Positions 1 to 11,786 of a stretch of 64,000 nt of DNA are shown here, in pieces. This DNA comes from Scyliorhinus canicula (lineage: Eukaryota): the NCBI RefSeq assembly GCF_902713615.1, contig NC_052164.1, positions 99,347,575 to 99,411,574 of the forward strand, in the 5' to 3' direction. The position numbers and the translations under genes are program-made. Under the pieces are notes generated by a model that ran no database searches, was not told the origin of the DNA, and was given only the letters and a program-made list of their open reading frames with translations. Position 1 is the first letter of the stretch; every line of letters starts with the position of its first letter.

Positions 1-182
1 CGCCAAAGGCCGTTGGCGCCGGTTTTGACGCCATCGGCGGAGCAGAAACCATTCCGGTGCGGGCCTAGCCCCTAAAGGTGCGGAGAATTCCGCACCTTTT
101 GGGGAGGCCCGATGCCGGAGTGGTTGCGCCACTCCGCTACGCCGGGACCCCCCGCCCCGCCGGGTAGGGGAGAATCCCGGCC
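1..182. mobile_element. GC-rich MITE-like element, right end (cut by window edge)
   Basis: Ends ggagaatcccggcc and is homologous to the 3' part of 2018-2709. Confidence 0.75.
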
Positions 183-354
183 CTGGTCACTGACCCATCT
201 GCCAGTGGGAATAGTGATGGGAATTCTCCAGCCTTTTCCCACTGGCACCGCACTGCCATCCGCGGATTTCCCAGAGGGGGGGGGGGGGGGGTGGGGGGGG
301 GCTCCAGTGGGAATGCTCACATGAACGGCGCGCCACCGAAAATCATTGATTCCC

Positions 355-760
355 TAATTTTTAAATTAATTTACAGGATGTGGGCATCACTGGTCAGGCC
401 AGTATTTATTGACAATCCCTAATTGCCCTTTGAGAAGGTGGTGGTGAGCTGCCTTCTTGAACCAGCTGCAATCCCTGTGGTGTAAGTACACCTACAGTGC
501 TGTCAGGGAGGACGTTTTTAGGATTTTGACCCAGCGACAGTGAAGGAATGGCAATATATTTCCAAGTCAGGATGGTGTGTAACTTGGAGAGGAACATTCC
601 CGGTGGTGGTGTTTGCGGCTATCTGCTGCCCGTGTTGTTCCAGACGGTCGCGGTCGTGTGTTTTGAAGGTGTTACCAAAATAGCGTTGGTGAGTTCCTGC
701 AGTGCATCTTGTAGATAGTACAGACGGCTGCCATTGTTAAAACACTTCATCACTTTGAAC
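355..760 (-). mobile_element. CR1/L2-type LINE 3' end
   Basis: Reverse complement of the tail gggattgtcaataaatactggcc..gatgcccacatcc, also seen on + at 5790-5820 and 51330-51385. Confidence 0.7.
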
Positions 761-935
761 TTCCCAATTAGGTCTTCACCATCTCTGCAATCACCTCCAG
801 AACCACAATCCTTTGAGATTTTTGTACTCCTCCAATTCAGGCCTCTTGCACACCCCATTTCCATTGCTCCAACATTGATGCCTATGCCTTCAGCCACCGG
901 AGCTTAAAACTCTCGAATTCACTCCCTCAGTGTGT

Positions 936-1290
936 GGGCAGCACGGTAGCACAGTGGTTAGCACAATTGCTTCGCAGCGCCAGGGTCCCAGGTTCGATTC
1001 CCGGCTTGGGTCACTGTCTGTGCGGAGTCTGCACATCCTCCCCCTGTGTGCGTGGGTTTCCTCCGGGTGCTCCGGTTTCCTCCCACAGTCCAAAGATATG
1101 CAGGTTAGGTGGATTGGCCGTGCTAAATTGCCCTTAGTGTCCAAAATAGGCATTAGTGTTGGGTGGGGTTGCTGGGTTGTGGGCATAGGGTGGAGGTGTG
1201 GGCTTGGGTAGGGTGCTCTTTCCAAGAGCTGGTGCAGACTCGATGGGCCGAATGGCCTCCTTCTGCACTGTAAATTCTATGATTCTATGA
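936..1290 (+). mobile_element. tRNA-derived V-SINE (HE1-like), full length
   Basis: A/B-box head (gtagcacagtggttagc...ggttcgattccc), V-domain core gggtttcctccgggtgctccggtttcctcccacagtccaaag, CR1-like tail (ttctatga)n. Confidence 0.9.
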
Positions 1291-2017
1291 AGGTCTCTGC
1301 TTCTCTATCTCACTTTCTTCCTTTTAAGATGCTCCTTTGAGCTAACCTCATTGAATGGAGCTTTGGTCACCTGTCTCAATAAAATTTTATGCAGCTCAAT
1401 GTCAAATGTCGACAGATTACACTCCAGTGAAGTGACATGGGGTGTTCTACAGTGTCAAGGATGCCATATAAGTAAAGGTTGTTGTTGAAGTCCATCAATC
1501 CCAGCACCGAGTAGTCAGCATGTGATTGAAAACTGCATGCCTGGGGCTTGTCTGATGTCAAAAGCTCTGCCCAACTGATCAGTTAGTTCGTCTGCAAAAT
1601 TACCCAATGAAATTTACCCCAACAATTGTCACCCAGTGACATGACTAAACAAAGCCAAATCAGCCTACGTGGTTTTATAAGTTTGTTAAATGTCAATGCC
1701 TAAATTCTGAAGCAATATAAAAATATAAATATAAGTACAATACTCTTGGAAATCTCGTGTGAAAAAGCTGGAAATCGAATTGAGTATTATTCATTCTCAA
1801 ATCTCAGCCTAGTAACATTCTCACCGCGAGTAAGACAATTGTGGATTCAAGGGCAATTAGGGATGGGCAATAAATGCTGGCTTAGCCAGCGAGGCTCACA
1901 TTCAATAAATAAACATCGAATACACAATCAGGAATGGGCCATCCAATGTAATCATGTTGATCCTCTATCCCACCACCATACTTCAGCATTCTTCCCCATA
2001 CCTCTTTACATCTTTAA

Positions 2018-2709
2018 GGCGGGATTCTCCGACCCCCCGCCGGGTCGGAGAAACGCAGGAGGCGGCGTGAATCCCGCCCCGCCGCTCCAACGCCGGCTGC
2101 CGTATTCTCTGGGCACCAGTTTTCGGGCAGGGGCAGGGTTTACGCTACGCCTGTCGAGAGCTGTTGGCAGCGCCCCTCCCGGCAATTCTCTGAGCACCGA
2201 TGGGCCGAGCGGCCGTCAGTTCCTGGCCAGTCCCACCGGCGTGAAATGGACATGGTCCCACACGGCGGGATCTGGCTGGTAGGCCGGCTGGGGTGGTCCT
2301 CGGAGGGGGGGGGGGGGCGGCGTGGGGGGATCCAGCCCCGGGGGGGACCCATATAGTGGCCTGGCCCGCGATCGGGGCCCACCGATCTGCGGGCGGGCCT
2401 GTGCCCTGGGGGCACTCCTCCCGCTGGCCTCTGTAGGGCTCCGCCATGGTCGGTGCAGAGAAGAAACCCCCGCGCATTCGCAGGAACACACGCAGACGGT
2501 CTGCGCATGCACGGAACCATGCTGGTGGTTCTGCGCATGCGCTGGCCTTTCGGCGACAGTTGGCGCGTCGCCAACCCCTCCGGCGCCGGCCTTGCCCCCG
2601 GAAGTGCGGAGGATTCCGCAACTTACGGTTGGCCCAATACCGGAGTGGTTCGCGCCGTTCTTGGCTCCGGCGTCAGGCCATCCCGCCAATTGCGGGAGAG
2701 ACACAGCCT
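2018..2709. mobile_element. GC-rich MITE-like non-autonomous DNA element
   Basis: Starts ggcgggattctcc with a degenerate inverse end; CpG-rich and non-coding; shares blocks with the other copies. Confidence 0.75.
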
Positions 2710-2714
2710 TAGAG

Positions 2715-3340
2715 TCTAGAAATCTATCTATTTCCTTCTCAAATATATTCAGAAACTTGCCCTCCACAGCCATTCATGGTAGTATTCTACAGGTTTACCA
2801 CTCTCTGAGTGAAGATGTTTGTCCCCACCTCAGCCTTAAATGGCCAACTCCAGATCCTGAGACTGCGACCCCATATTCCCGACCCCCCCCCCCCCCCCCG
2901 CCCCCCCCCCCCCCCCCCCAGCCAGAGGAATCACGATTCCTGCATCCAGTCTGTCTAGCTCTGTCGGAATGTTCTATGTTTCAATTAGACCCCCGCTCAT
3001 TCTTCTAAATTCCAGTGAATACAGGCGCAGTCGACCCAATCTCTCCTCATATGACAATCCCAGGAGTCAGTCTGGTGAACCTTCATTGCTCTCCCTCTAT
3101 GACAAGTATATCCTTTCTTAGATAAAGAGGCCAAAACTGCACATTTACTCCAGATGTGATCTCACCAAGGCCCTGTACAGCAGCAGTATGACATTCTTGC
3201 TTCTGTACTCAAGTCCATTTGCAACGAAGACCAACATCCCATTTACCCCCCCATCGTCTTGCTATCCCTGCATGTTTGATTTCAGTGAAGATGCACTGGG
3301 ACACCCATATCTCAGTACATCAACATTTTCCAATCTATGA
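2715..3340 (-). mobile_element. Degraded CR1 LINE fragment
   Basis: Reverse complement of typical CR1 RT C-terminal sequence (caaaactgcacatttactccagatgtgatctcaccaaggccctgtaca). Confidence 0.7.
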
Positions 3341-3712
3341 TAATAATCGCTTATTGTCATAAGTAGGCTTCAAATGAAGTTACTGTGAAAAGCCCCTAGT
3401 CGCCACATTCCGGCGCCTGTTCGGGTACACAGAGGGAGAATTCAGAATGTCCAAATTACCTAACAGCACGTCTTTTGGGACTTGTGGGAGGAAACCGGAG
3501 CACCCGGAGGAAACCCACGCAGACACGGGGAGGACGTGCAGACTCCGCACAGACAGTGACCCACGGCAGGAATCGAACCTGGGACCCAGGCACTGTGAAG
3601 CAACAGTGCTAACCACTAACCATGGTTGGCACGGGCTTGGAGGGCCGAAGGGCCTGTTCCTGTGCTGTACTTTTCTTTGTTCTTGTTCTTTGTTCACCGT
3701 GCTACCGTGCTG
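3341..3712 (-). mobile_element. V-SINE variant with a different tail; its head is split by a short CR1 tail insert (about 3620-3693)
   Basis: Shared V core, with tail ggcgccggaatgtggcgactaggggcttttcacagtaacttcat on -. Confidence 0.82.
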
Positions 3713-3961
3713 CTAATTGTACTATGCTAATCGTGCCTATAGAAATACAGACTTCTCCAAGAAGTTAATACCATCTCCATCTGGTGGACTGGATGAGTAG
3801 TTGCAACTCTGAATATCATGACTACCAATTCCTGATACACTGTTAAGTTTGAAATAAATATGAATTACATTTAAGGTTGAATAATCACTATCGTGGGAAC
3901 ATCATCTTCATCAGGAGCTGCGCAGCTCCCTTCTTGCTCAGGGAAATGATGGATGGGAAAT

Positions 3962-4285
3962 TAATCATAGAATCATAGAATTTACAGTGCAGAATAAGGC
4001 CACTTGGCCCATCGAGTCTGCAGCGGCCCTTGGAAAGAGCACCCCAGTTAAGCCCGTGCTTCCACCCCATCCCAGTAACATCACCTAGCCTTTTTTGGAC
4101 ACTAAGGACAATTTAGCATAGCTCATCCACCTAACCTGCACATTTTTTGGACTGTGGGAGGAAATCCACGCATGCACAGGGAGAACATGCAGACTCCACA
4201 CAGACAGTGACCCAAGCCAGGAATTGAACCTGGGATCCTGAAGCTGTGAAGCAATTGTGCTAACCACTGTGCTGCCGTGCTGCCC
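3962..4285 (-). mobile_element. HE1-like V-SINE
   Basis: Reverse complement of the 936-1290 family. Confidence 0.88.
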
Positions 4286-4554
4286 TGGTGATTACGTTTT
4301 TTTTCTGGTGGTAAATAAAAATTAGAGCAAAATGTTACAATCCATGTTGCAAATTTTCATAACTAAATAATCAAATTTGAAAACAAACCCAAATTTCTAT
4401 TTTCAACAGCAAATGTTAGTTTTTGTATCAATTATTGGAGTAGAATATTTTCTCGATTGCAGTTCTGATAGATAAATCTTGTACAAACGCAAGAACACTC
4501 AGAATAAGAATTAGGCATTTAAACTGTCACTTGGTAATACACAGCCTGAATGAA

Positions 4555-4835
4555 GCTGAAAAGAGAAAGCTTTCCGTCTTGCACAGAACAGGACAAACAC
4601 AAGAATGCCAAATTTCAAACGATCACAGCAGTGCATACTACAGGAGAATAGGGTTTTCATTGGCTGAAGCATTGCCATGGAAAAAGCACCAAGGAACTTA
4701 AACTCCTCAAGCTCCCAATCAGGTAATCAGAGTTGACTTGCCAACCAGTCAGCACCTTGGAGTATAAATTTGGCATTTTTAAGTTTGTCCAGATGAGTGC
4801 AAGCTGGAAAGCTTCGACATGTTTCTCTTTTCAGC
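4555..4835. mobile_element. Inverted-repeat element resembling paired Penelope-like pseudo-LTR remnants
   Basis: Arms 4555-4615 and 4766-4835 are imperfect reverse complements. The right arm reads ttgtccAGATGAgtgcaagctgGAAAgcttcgac, a degenerate CTGATGA...GAAA layout. Confidence 0.45.
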
Positions 4836-4946
4836 AATATTCTAATTAGGCATTTAGTGATCCATCTCAAATCTTTCAAAGTTCAAAGATTTAAATATTT
4901 GTCATTTACTCTCCTCCTGGGCGTAGTCTGACGTATGGACGTATGG

Positions 4947-5120
4947 AGGGGCTGGTTTAGCTCACTGGGCTAAATCACTGGCTTTTAAAGCAGGCCAGCA
5001 GCACGGTTCAATTCCCGTACCAGCCTCCCCGGACAGGCGCCGGAATGTGGCGACTAGGGGCTTTTCACAGTAACTTCATTGAAGCCTACTCGTGACAATA
5101 TGCGATTTTCATTTTCATTT
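4947..5120 (+). mobile_element. Short tRNA-derived SINE (no V core)
   Basis: ggggctggtttagctca..ggttcaattcc head joined to the ggcgccggaatgtggcgactagggg tail; ends (ttttca)n. Confidence 0.85.
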
Positions 5121-5149
5121 CTCTAACCTTCAGTAACTCCCTTAACCTA

Positions 5150-5825
5150 ACTTACCTGACCCAGTGATATCGACATTCAATGGCATTACCATCGCTGGTT
5201 CCCCCACAATCAACATCCTGGGGGTTACCATTGATCAGAAACTGAACTGGACTAGCCACATTAATACTGTTGCTACCAGAGCAGGTCAAAGGCTAGGAAT
5301 CCTACGGCGAGTAACTCACCTGACCCCCCCCAAGCCTGTCCACCATCTACAAGGCACAAGTCAGGAGTGTAATGGAATGCTCTCCACTTGCCTGGATGAG
5401 TGCAGCTCCAACAACACTCAAAAAGCTCAACACCATCCAGGTCAAAGCAGCCCACTTGATTGTTTCCCCTTCCACAAACATTCAAACCCTCCACCACTGA
5501 CGAAAAGTGGCAGCCGTGTGTGCCATCTACAAGATGCACTGCAGTAACTCACCAAGGTTCCTTAGGCAGCCCCTTCCAAACCCACAACTACTACCATCTA
5601 GAAGGATAAGAGCCGCGGAGGTTCCCCTCCAAGTCATTCACCACCCTGACTTGCGAATATATCGGCCGTTCCTTCACTGTCGCTGGGGCAACATCCTGGA
5701 ACTCCCTCCCTAACCGCACAGTGGTTGTACCTACACCTCAAGGACTGCAGCGGTTCAAGAAGACAACTCACCACCACCTCCTGAAGGGCGACTAGGAATG
5801 GGCAATAAATGCTGGCCTAACCAAT
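5150..5825 (+). mobile_element. CR1/L2-type LINE 3' fragment
   Basis: NILGVTIDQKLNWTSHINTVATRAGQRLGILRRV; ends gggcaataaatgctggcct. Confidence 0.85.
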
Positions 5826-6297
5826 CAATGGTCAACCTATCCATAGATCAGATTACGCCCAGGAGGAGAGCAAATGACAAATATTTAAATCTTTGAACTT
5901 TGACAGATTTGAGATTGATCACTAAATGCCTAATTTTAAAAGACCCTAATTTTCATTTCATTTCATCAATGGTCATCCATTTCCTTTCTGAGGATATCCC
6001 TCTGACCAACAATTTCTCTGTTGCACACACTCAGCACTCTGTGAGGGGATTGAAGCTGCCCTAATCTTCTTCACTGTCATCACATTCTCCAGTTTACTTA
6101 CAACACAGGTTAGAAACTGGGCCATTCTTCAATTCTACACCAGCCACCCTTGCTGATGGAGCTATTGAATGACAATATACGTCAGGGGAAACCTGTGGTA
6201 CATTTTATTGCATTTAGCAACAACAATTTGCCTTTATATAGTCTCTGATAAAACATCCAAGGAGATTATTCATGAATGTTGACGCAAAATCAAAGGT

Positions 6298-6484
6298 GAA
6301 ATGAAAATGAAAATCGCTTATTGTCACGAGTAGGCTTCAATTAAGTTACTGTGAAAAGCCCCTAGTCGCCGCATTCCGGCGCCAATCCGGGGAGGCTGGT
6401 ACGGGAATTGAACCGTGCTGCTGGCCTGCTTGGTCTGCTTTTTTAAAAAGCCAGCGATTTAGCTCAGTGAGCTAAACCAGCCCC
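6298..6484 (-). mobile_element. Short tRNA-derived SINE, inverse copy of the 4947-5120 family
   Basis: Reverse-complement match throughout. Confidence 0.85.
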
Positions 6485-7758
6485 AGGTGAAGGTATTAGG
6501 ACATGTGACCAAAAACCTGTTCAAATCTGTTAATTTTAGGCTTCTTACAAGAAGAGAGGGGGTAGGACAGGAACAGAACGTGGTTAAGTAGGAGGGTATT
6601 CCGGGGTTTTGGACCCTGACAGCTGAAGCCACGATCATCAATGGTCAACATACAAAAATCAGAAGCATGCAAGAGGCCAGAGTTGAAGGAAATCAGATAT
6701 CTGGGAGAGTTACGGGGCTAGAGGAATTTACAGAGACAGGGAGGCCATGGAGGGATTTCAGTACAAAGATGGGAAGGTTGAATTTGAAGCATTTTTTGAG
6801 CCAGCCTGGGTCAGCACGTTACGCTGTATCTCACCCCTCTGTGCCTACCCAAGGAATTGGCTAGTGTGGCACAGTTGGAGCAGCAACCACTGATCTAAGC
6901 ATCTCTACATTAATGAAAGTTAAAAAAAGCAATCCACTGAGCTTTCTCCTACTCAAAGAATGAATGGCTTTGCTCCAAGATGCGATCTAGCTTGGTGATG
7001 CCCCCACAGTGGAATATCCTGTTGCCAGTCATTATGCATTCTCACACGTAAATATGGCTAATTGAATGATGCATGGGGAGGTAGTAGTGGTATTGTCACT
7101 GGACTAGGGATCCAGAGATCCCTGGGGACCCTAGGGTCTAAGTTCAAATCCCACCATGGTAGATAGTGACATTTGAATTCAACAAAAATCTGTAATGAAC
7201 AATCTAATGATGACCATGAAACCATTGTCGATTGTTGTAAAAACCCAGCCGGTTCCACCAGTTGCCTTGTTGGGCTTTAAACAAATGTCCCCAAGAGCAT
7301 TATCCTGGGCCTTGAGATTACCAGCCCAGTGTCATTACCACCACAATGCCACTATCTCCTTTCCCTAAACTTTCACTCCCTCCACCACTCTCACACCCTC
7401 CCTCGATCCCTCACCCACCCTCATTCCCTCTCCAGGTTCACTTCATCCGGGACCTACTTGCCCTCCCTCGCTCCATCATCAGCACTTGCTCACTCCCTCC
7501 CCCAGCTGCACTCTCCATTCTACACAGCCACTCACTTCCTTCCTCAGTCTCACACACTCTACCCCCGTCCACTCGCTCACCCCCTTTGTAACACTCGCTC
7601 CACATTTACCCCGTGACAGGTGTCCATGGAAGGTGCACTAAGATAGAGAATGAAGCTCCATCTGAACCATCCAATAGGGTAATAGAATAGTAGAAATCAG
7701 AAAGAGGCCATTCGTTCCGTCGAATATATGGCAACCATTTTAAAGAGCAATCTAGTTA

Positions 7759-8603
7759 CCACTGGAAGGGATCAAAGCAAAGTGGGAGGAAGAGTTGGGA
7801 GAGGATATGGAGGAGGGGGTCTGGTGTGAGGTGCTCTGGAGAGTGAATGCCTCCATCTCGTGCGCGAGTTTGGGGCTGATACAGCTGAAGGTGGTATATA
7901 GAGCACACCTCACGAGGGCGAGGATGAGCCGATTCTTTGAAGGAGTAGAAGATGTGTGTGAACGTTGCAGATGGGGGCCGCTAATCACGTTCATATATTT
8001 CTGTCCTGTCCAAAGCTAGAGGATTACTGGAAGGAGGTTTTTAGGGTAATTTCTAAAGTGGTGCATGTGAAACTGGACCCGGGTCCCCGGGAGGCCATAT
8101 TCGGGATGTCGGACCAGCCGGGGTTGGAAACGGGTGCGGAGGCAGATGTTGTAGCCTTCGCCTCGTTGATCGCCCGAAGGCGGATCCTGATGGGTTGGAG
8201 AGCAGCCTCTCCACCCTGTGCCCTGGCGTGGCGGGGGGGACTTGTTGGAATTCTTGACTCTTGAGAAGGTTAAGTTTGAACTGAGGGGAAGGATGGAGGG
8301 GTTCTACAATTCATGGGCATTATTCATTGTGTACTTTCAGGAACTGGATAACATGGAACATTAGTTGGGGGGGGTGGGTGGGAGGGCTGGGGGGAGGGGA
8401 GCGGTGTCTGTTATTGGTGACTATGGGAGATTCCTGATTCCTTTTTGTTGCTCGTTTGTGTGAACATGCGGGTTTGGTGGGAGGATGGGATTGTTGTTAT
8501 TGATATGGGGATTGACATATTTGTTACTGATTATTGTTTATTGTTGGTGGGTGTAAATTTGGGAGAAAATGTGAAAAAGGAGGAGAATAAAACATTTTTT
8601 AAA
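7759..8603 (+). mobile_element. 5'-truncated L1/Tx1-like LINE
   Basis: ORF2 C-terminus (WCEVLWRVNAS..LGLIQLKVVYRAHLT, CERC..ANHVH..LSCPKL), G-rich 3' UTR and A tail. TSD AAAGAGCAATCTAGTTA at 7742-58 and 8604-20. Confidence 0.92.
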
Positions 8604-9435
8604 AAAGAGCAATCTAGTTAGTCCCTGCCATAACCCCCATGAGACCCATGGGCGAGCCTTCATTGATCTCTTCATGGGACTTGTGGAGTACGAGCCCCAC
8701 AGGTAGAGGCCTACCACCTGGGGTTCATTATGAACAGAGGTTAAAAGCAGGCCCTGCTCACGGTCTGCTGAGGTAAGTCCTCCCAGCAATATGGCACTGG
8801 GTGTGAGATGCTGCGTTCTGCAAACCATTAGAAATACTTGTAAATAAATCTATATTGCATTTCCCTTCAGCCTTCTCTACATCATTATAGTCCTATTCCA
8901 CTTCATTTCCCCAGATTGGTTCAATTTGTATTCTCCTTCAGGTACTTTCCAATCCCCTTTTGAAGGCTACTATTAATTCTATATATCCAGCTCCCAGTGG
9001 ATAGTGTCTACTTTGGAATTGAGAGCTTTACATTTTAAGAATACATTTTCATTGGTTGAAAACCAATTTAAATCCCCATCAAACCTTACCAGGGCAGAGA
9101 GACGAGTGTTACATGTTTAATATGAGGAAAGGGGTAGCATGGGATGTAGAAAATATATTAACACCTGTGGGGAAGATCAGAAGATGAGGCCATAAATATA
9201 CAACAGAGGTTGATGTGAATGTGGATCTCGCTATCACCGGGACTGATGAGATGCATAATTTAGACACAGTTAAGAGGAACCTCGATAAACAGCTGCGCGA
9301 GAAAAAAATACAAGGTTATTCTGATTGGGTTAGCTGATGTAGGATGAACAAAGGCTGGTGTGGAGCACCAATCCCGGTATGAGCAGCACACAAAGCCTGC
9401 CCTACTTTTGTGTTGTGAATATTTTGTGAGACAAT

Positions 9436-11786
9436 GTTAGATACAGGGTACACTGTCCCCATCAAATACTCCCAGGACAGGTACAGAATGTGGTTAAATA
9501 CAGAGTAAACCACCCTCTGCACTCTCCCGATCAAGCACTCCCAGGACCTACAGCACAGGGTTAGATACAGAGTAAAGCTCCCTCTATACTATCCCCATCA
9601 AACACTCCCAGGGCAGGTACAGCACGGGGTTAGACACAGAGTAAAGCTCCCTCTACACTGTCCCCATCAAACACTCCCAGGACAGGGACAGCACGGGGTT
9701 AGATACAGAGTAAAGCTCCCTCTATACTATCCCCATCAAACACTCCCAGGGCAGGTACAGCACGGGGTTAGACACAGAGTAAAGCTCCCTCTACACTGTC
9801 CCCATCAAACACTCCCAGGACAGGTACAGCACGGGGTTAGATACAGAGTAAAGCTCCCTCTACACTGTCCCTATCAAACACTCCCAGGACAGGTACAGCA
9901 CGGGGTTAGATACAGAGTAAAGCTCCCTCTACACTGTCCCCATCAAACACTCCCAGGACCTACAGCACGGGGTTAGATACAGAGTAAAGCTCCCTCTACA
10001 CTGTCCCTATCAAACACTCCCAGGACAGGTACAGCACGGGGTTAGATACAGAGTAAAGCTCCCTCTACACTGTCCCCATCAAACACTCCCAGGACAGGTA
10101 CAGCACGGGGTTAGATACAGAGTAAAGCTCCTTCTACACTGTCCCCATCAAACACTCCCAGGACAGGTACAGCACGGGTTAGATACAGAGTAAAGCTCCC
10201 TCTACACTATCCCCATCAAACACTCCCAGGACAGGTACAGCACGGGTTAGATACAGAGTAAAGCTCCCTCTACACTATCCCCATCAAACACTCCCAGGAC
10301 AGGTACAGCACAGCTTTAGATACAGAGTGAAGCTCCCTCTGCACTGTCCCCATCAAACACTCCCAGGACAGGTACAGCATGGGGTTAGATACAGAGTAAA
10401 GCTCTCTCTGCACTGTCCCCATCAAACACTCCCAGGACAGGTACAGCACAGCTTTAGATACAGAGTGAAGCTCCCTCTGCAATGTCCCCATCAAACACTC
10501 CCAGGACAGGGACAGCACGGGGTTAGACACAGAGTAAAGCTCCCTCTACACTGTCCCCATCAAACACTCCCAGGACAGGGACAGCACGGGGTTAGATACA
10601 GAGTAAAGCTCCCTCTACACTGTCCCCATCAAACACTCCCAGGACAGGTACAGCACAGCTTTAGATACAGAGTAAAGCTCCCTCTACACTGTCCCCATCA
10701 AACACTCCCAGGACAGGGACAGCACGGGGTTAGATACAGAGTAAAGCTCCCTCTACACTGTCCCCATCAAACACTCCCAGGGCAGGCACAGCACAGCTTT
10801 AGATACAGAGTAAAGCTCCCTCTACACTGTCCCCATCAAACACTCCCAGGACAGGTACAGCACGGGGTTAGATACAGAGTAAAGCTCCCTCTACACTGTC
10901 CCTATCAAACACTCCCAGGACAGGTACAGCACGGGGTTAGATACAGAGTAAAGCTCCCTCTACACTGTCCCCATCAAACACTCCCAGGACCTACAGCACG
11001 GGGTTAGATACAGAGTAAAGCTCCCTCTACACTGTCCCTATCAAACACTCCCAGGACAGGTACAGCACGGGGTTAGATACAGAGTAAAGCTCCCTCTACA
11101 CTGTCCCCATCAAACACTCCCAGGACAGGTACAGCACGGGGTTAGATACAGAGTAAAGCTCCTTCTACACTGTCCCCATCAAACACTCCCAGGACAGGTA
11201 CAGCACGGGTTAGATACAGAGTAAAGCTCCCTCTACACTATCCCCATCAAACACTCCCAGGACAGGTACAGCACGGGTTAGATACAGAGTAAAGCTCCCT
11301 CTACACTATCCCCATCAAACACTCCCAGGACAGGTACAGCACAGCTTTAGATACAGAGTGAAGCTCCCTCTGCACTGTCCCCATCAAACACTCCCAGGAC
11401 AGGTACAGCATGGGGTTAGATACAGAGTAAAGCTCTCTCTGCACTGTCCCCATCAAACACTCCCAGGACAGGTACAGCACAGCTTTAGATACAGAGTGAA
11501 GCTCCCTCTGCAATGTCCCCATCAAACACTCCCAGGACAGGGACAGCACGGGGTTAGACACAGAGTAAAGCTCCCTCTACACTGTCCCCATCAAACACTC
11601 CCAGGACAGGGACAGCACGGGGTTAGATACAGAGTAAAGCTCCCTCTACACTGTCCCCATCAAACACTCCCAGGGCAGGCACAGCACAGCTTTAGATACA
11701 GAGTAAAGCTCCCTCTACACTGTCCCCATCAAACACTCCCAGGACAGGCACAGCACGGGGTTAGATACAGAGTGAAGCTACACTGT
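9436..11786. repeat. 69-bp tandem repeat array, block 1 (~34 units)
   Basis: Unit cactgtccccatcaaacactcccaggacaggtacagcacggggttagatacagagtaaagctccctcta. Confidence 0.97.

Noticed and set aside
936-1010. tRNA genes
   Set aside because: A/B-box heads all continue into SINE bodies; no complete cloverleaf was seen anywhere.
2140-3008. Overlapping 140-230 aa GC-rich ORFs (also at 39766-40583, 43052-43827 and 25512-26333)
   Set aside because: They fall in GC-rich MITE-like repeats where stops are rare, are open on both strands, and show no recognisable domain.
4749-4765. Possible REST/RE1 site (gTCAGCACCttGGAgta)
   Set aside because: The right half-site (GGACAG) is not matched, and it lies within a repeat element.
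10327-11007. Long ORFs with 23-aa repeats (LHCPHQTLPGQVQHGVRYRVKLP), also at 11358-11864 and 12668-13336
   Set aside because: Artefact of the 69-bp (3 x 23) satellite; no splice signals or non-repetitive coding context.
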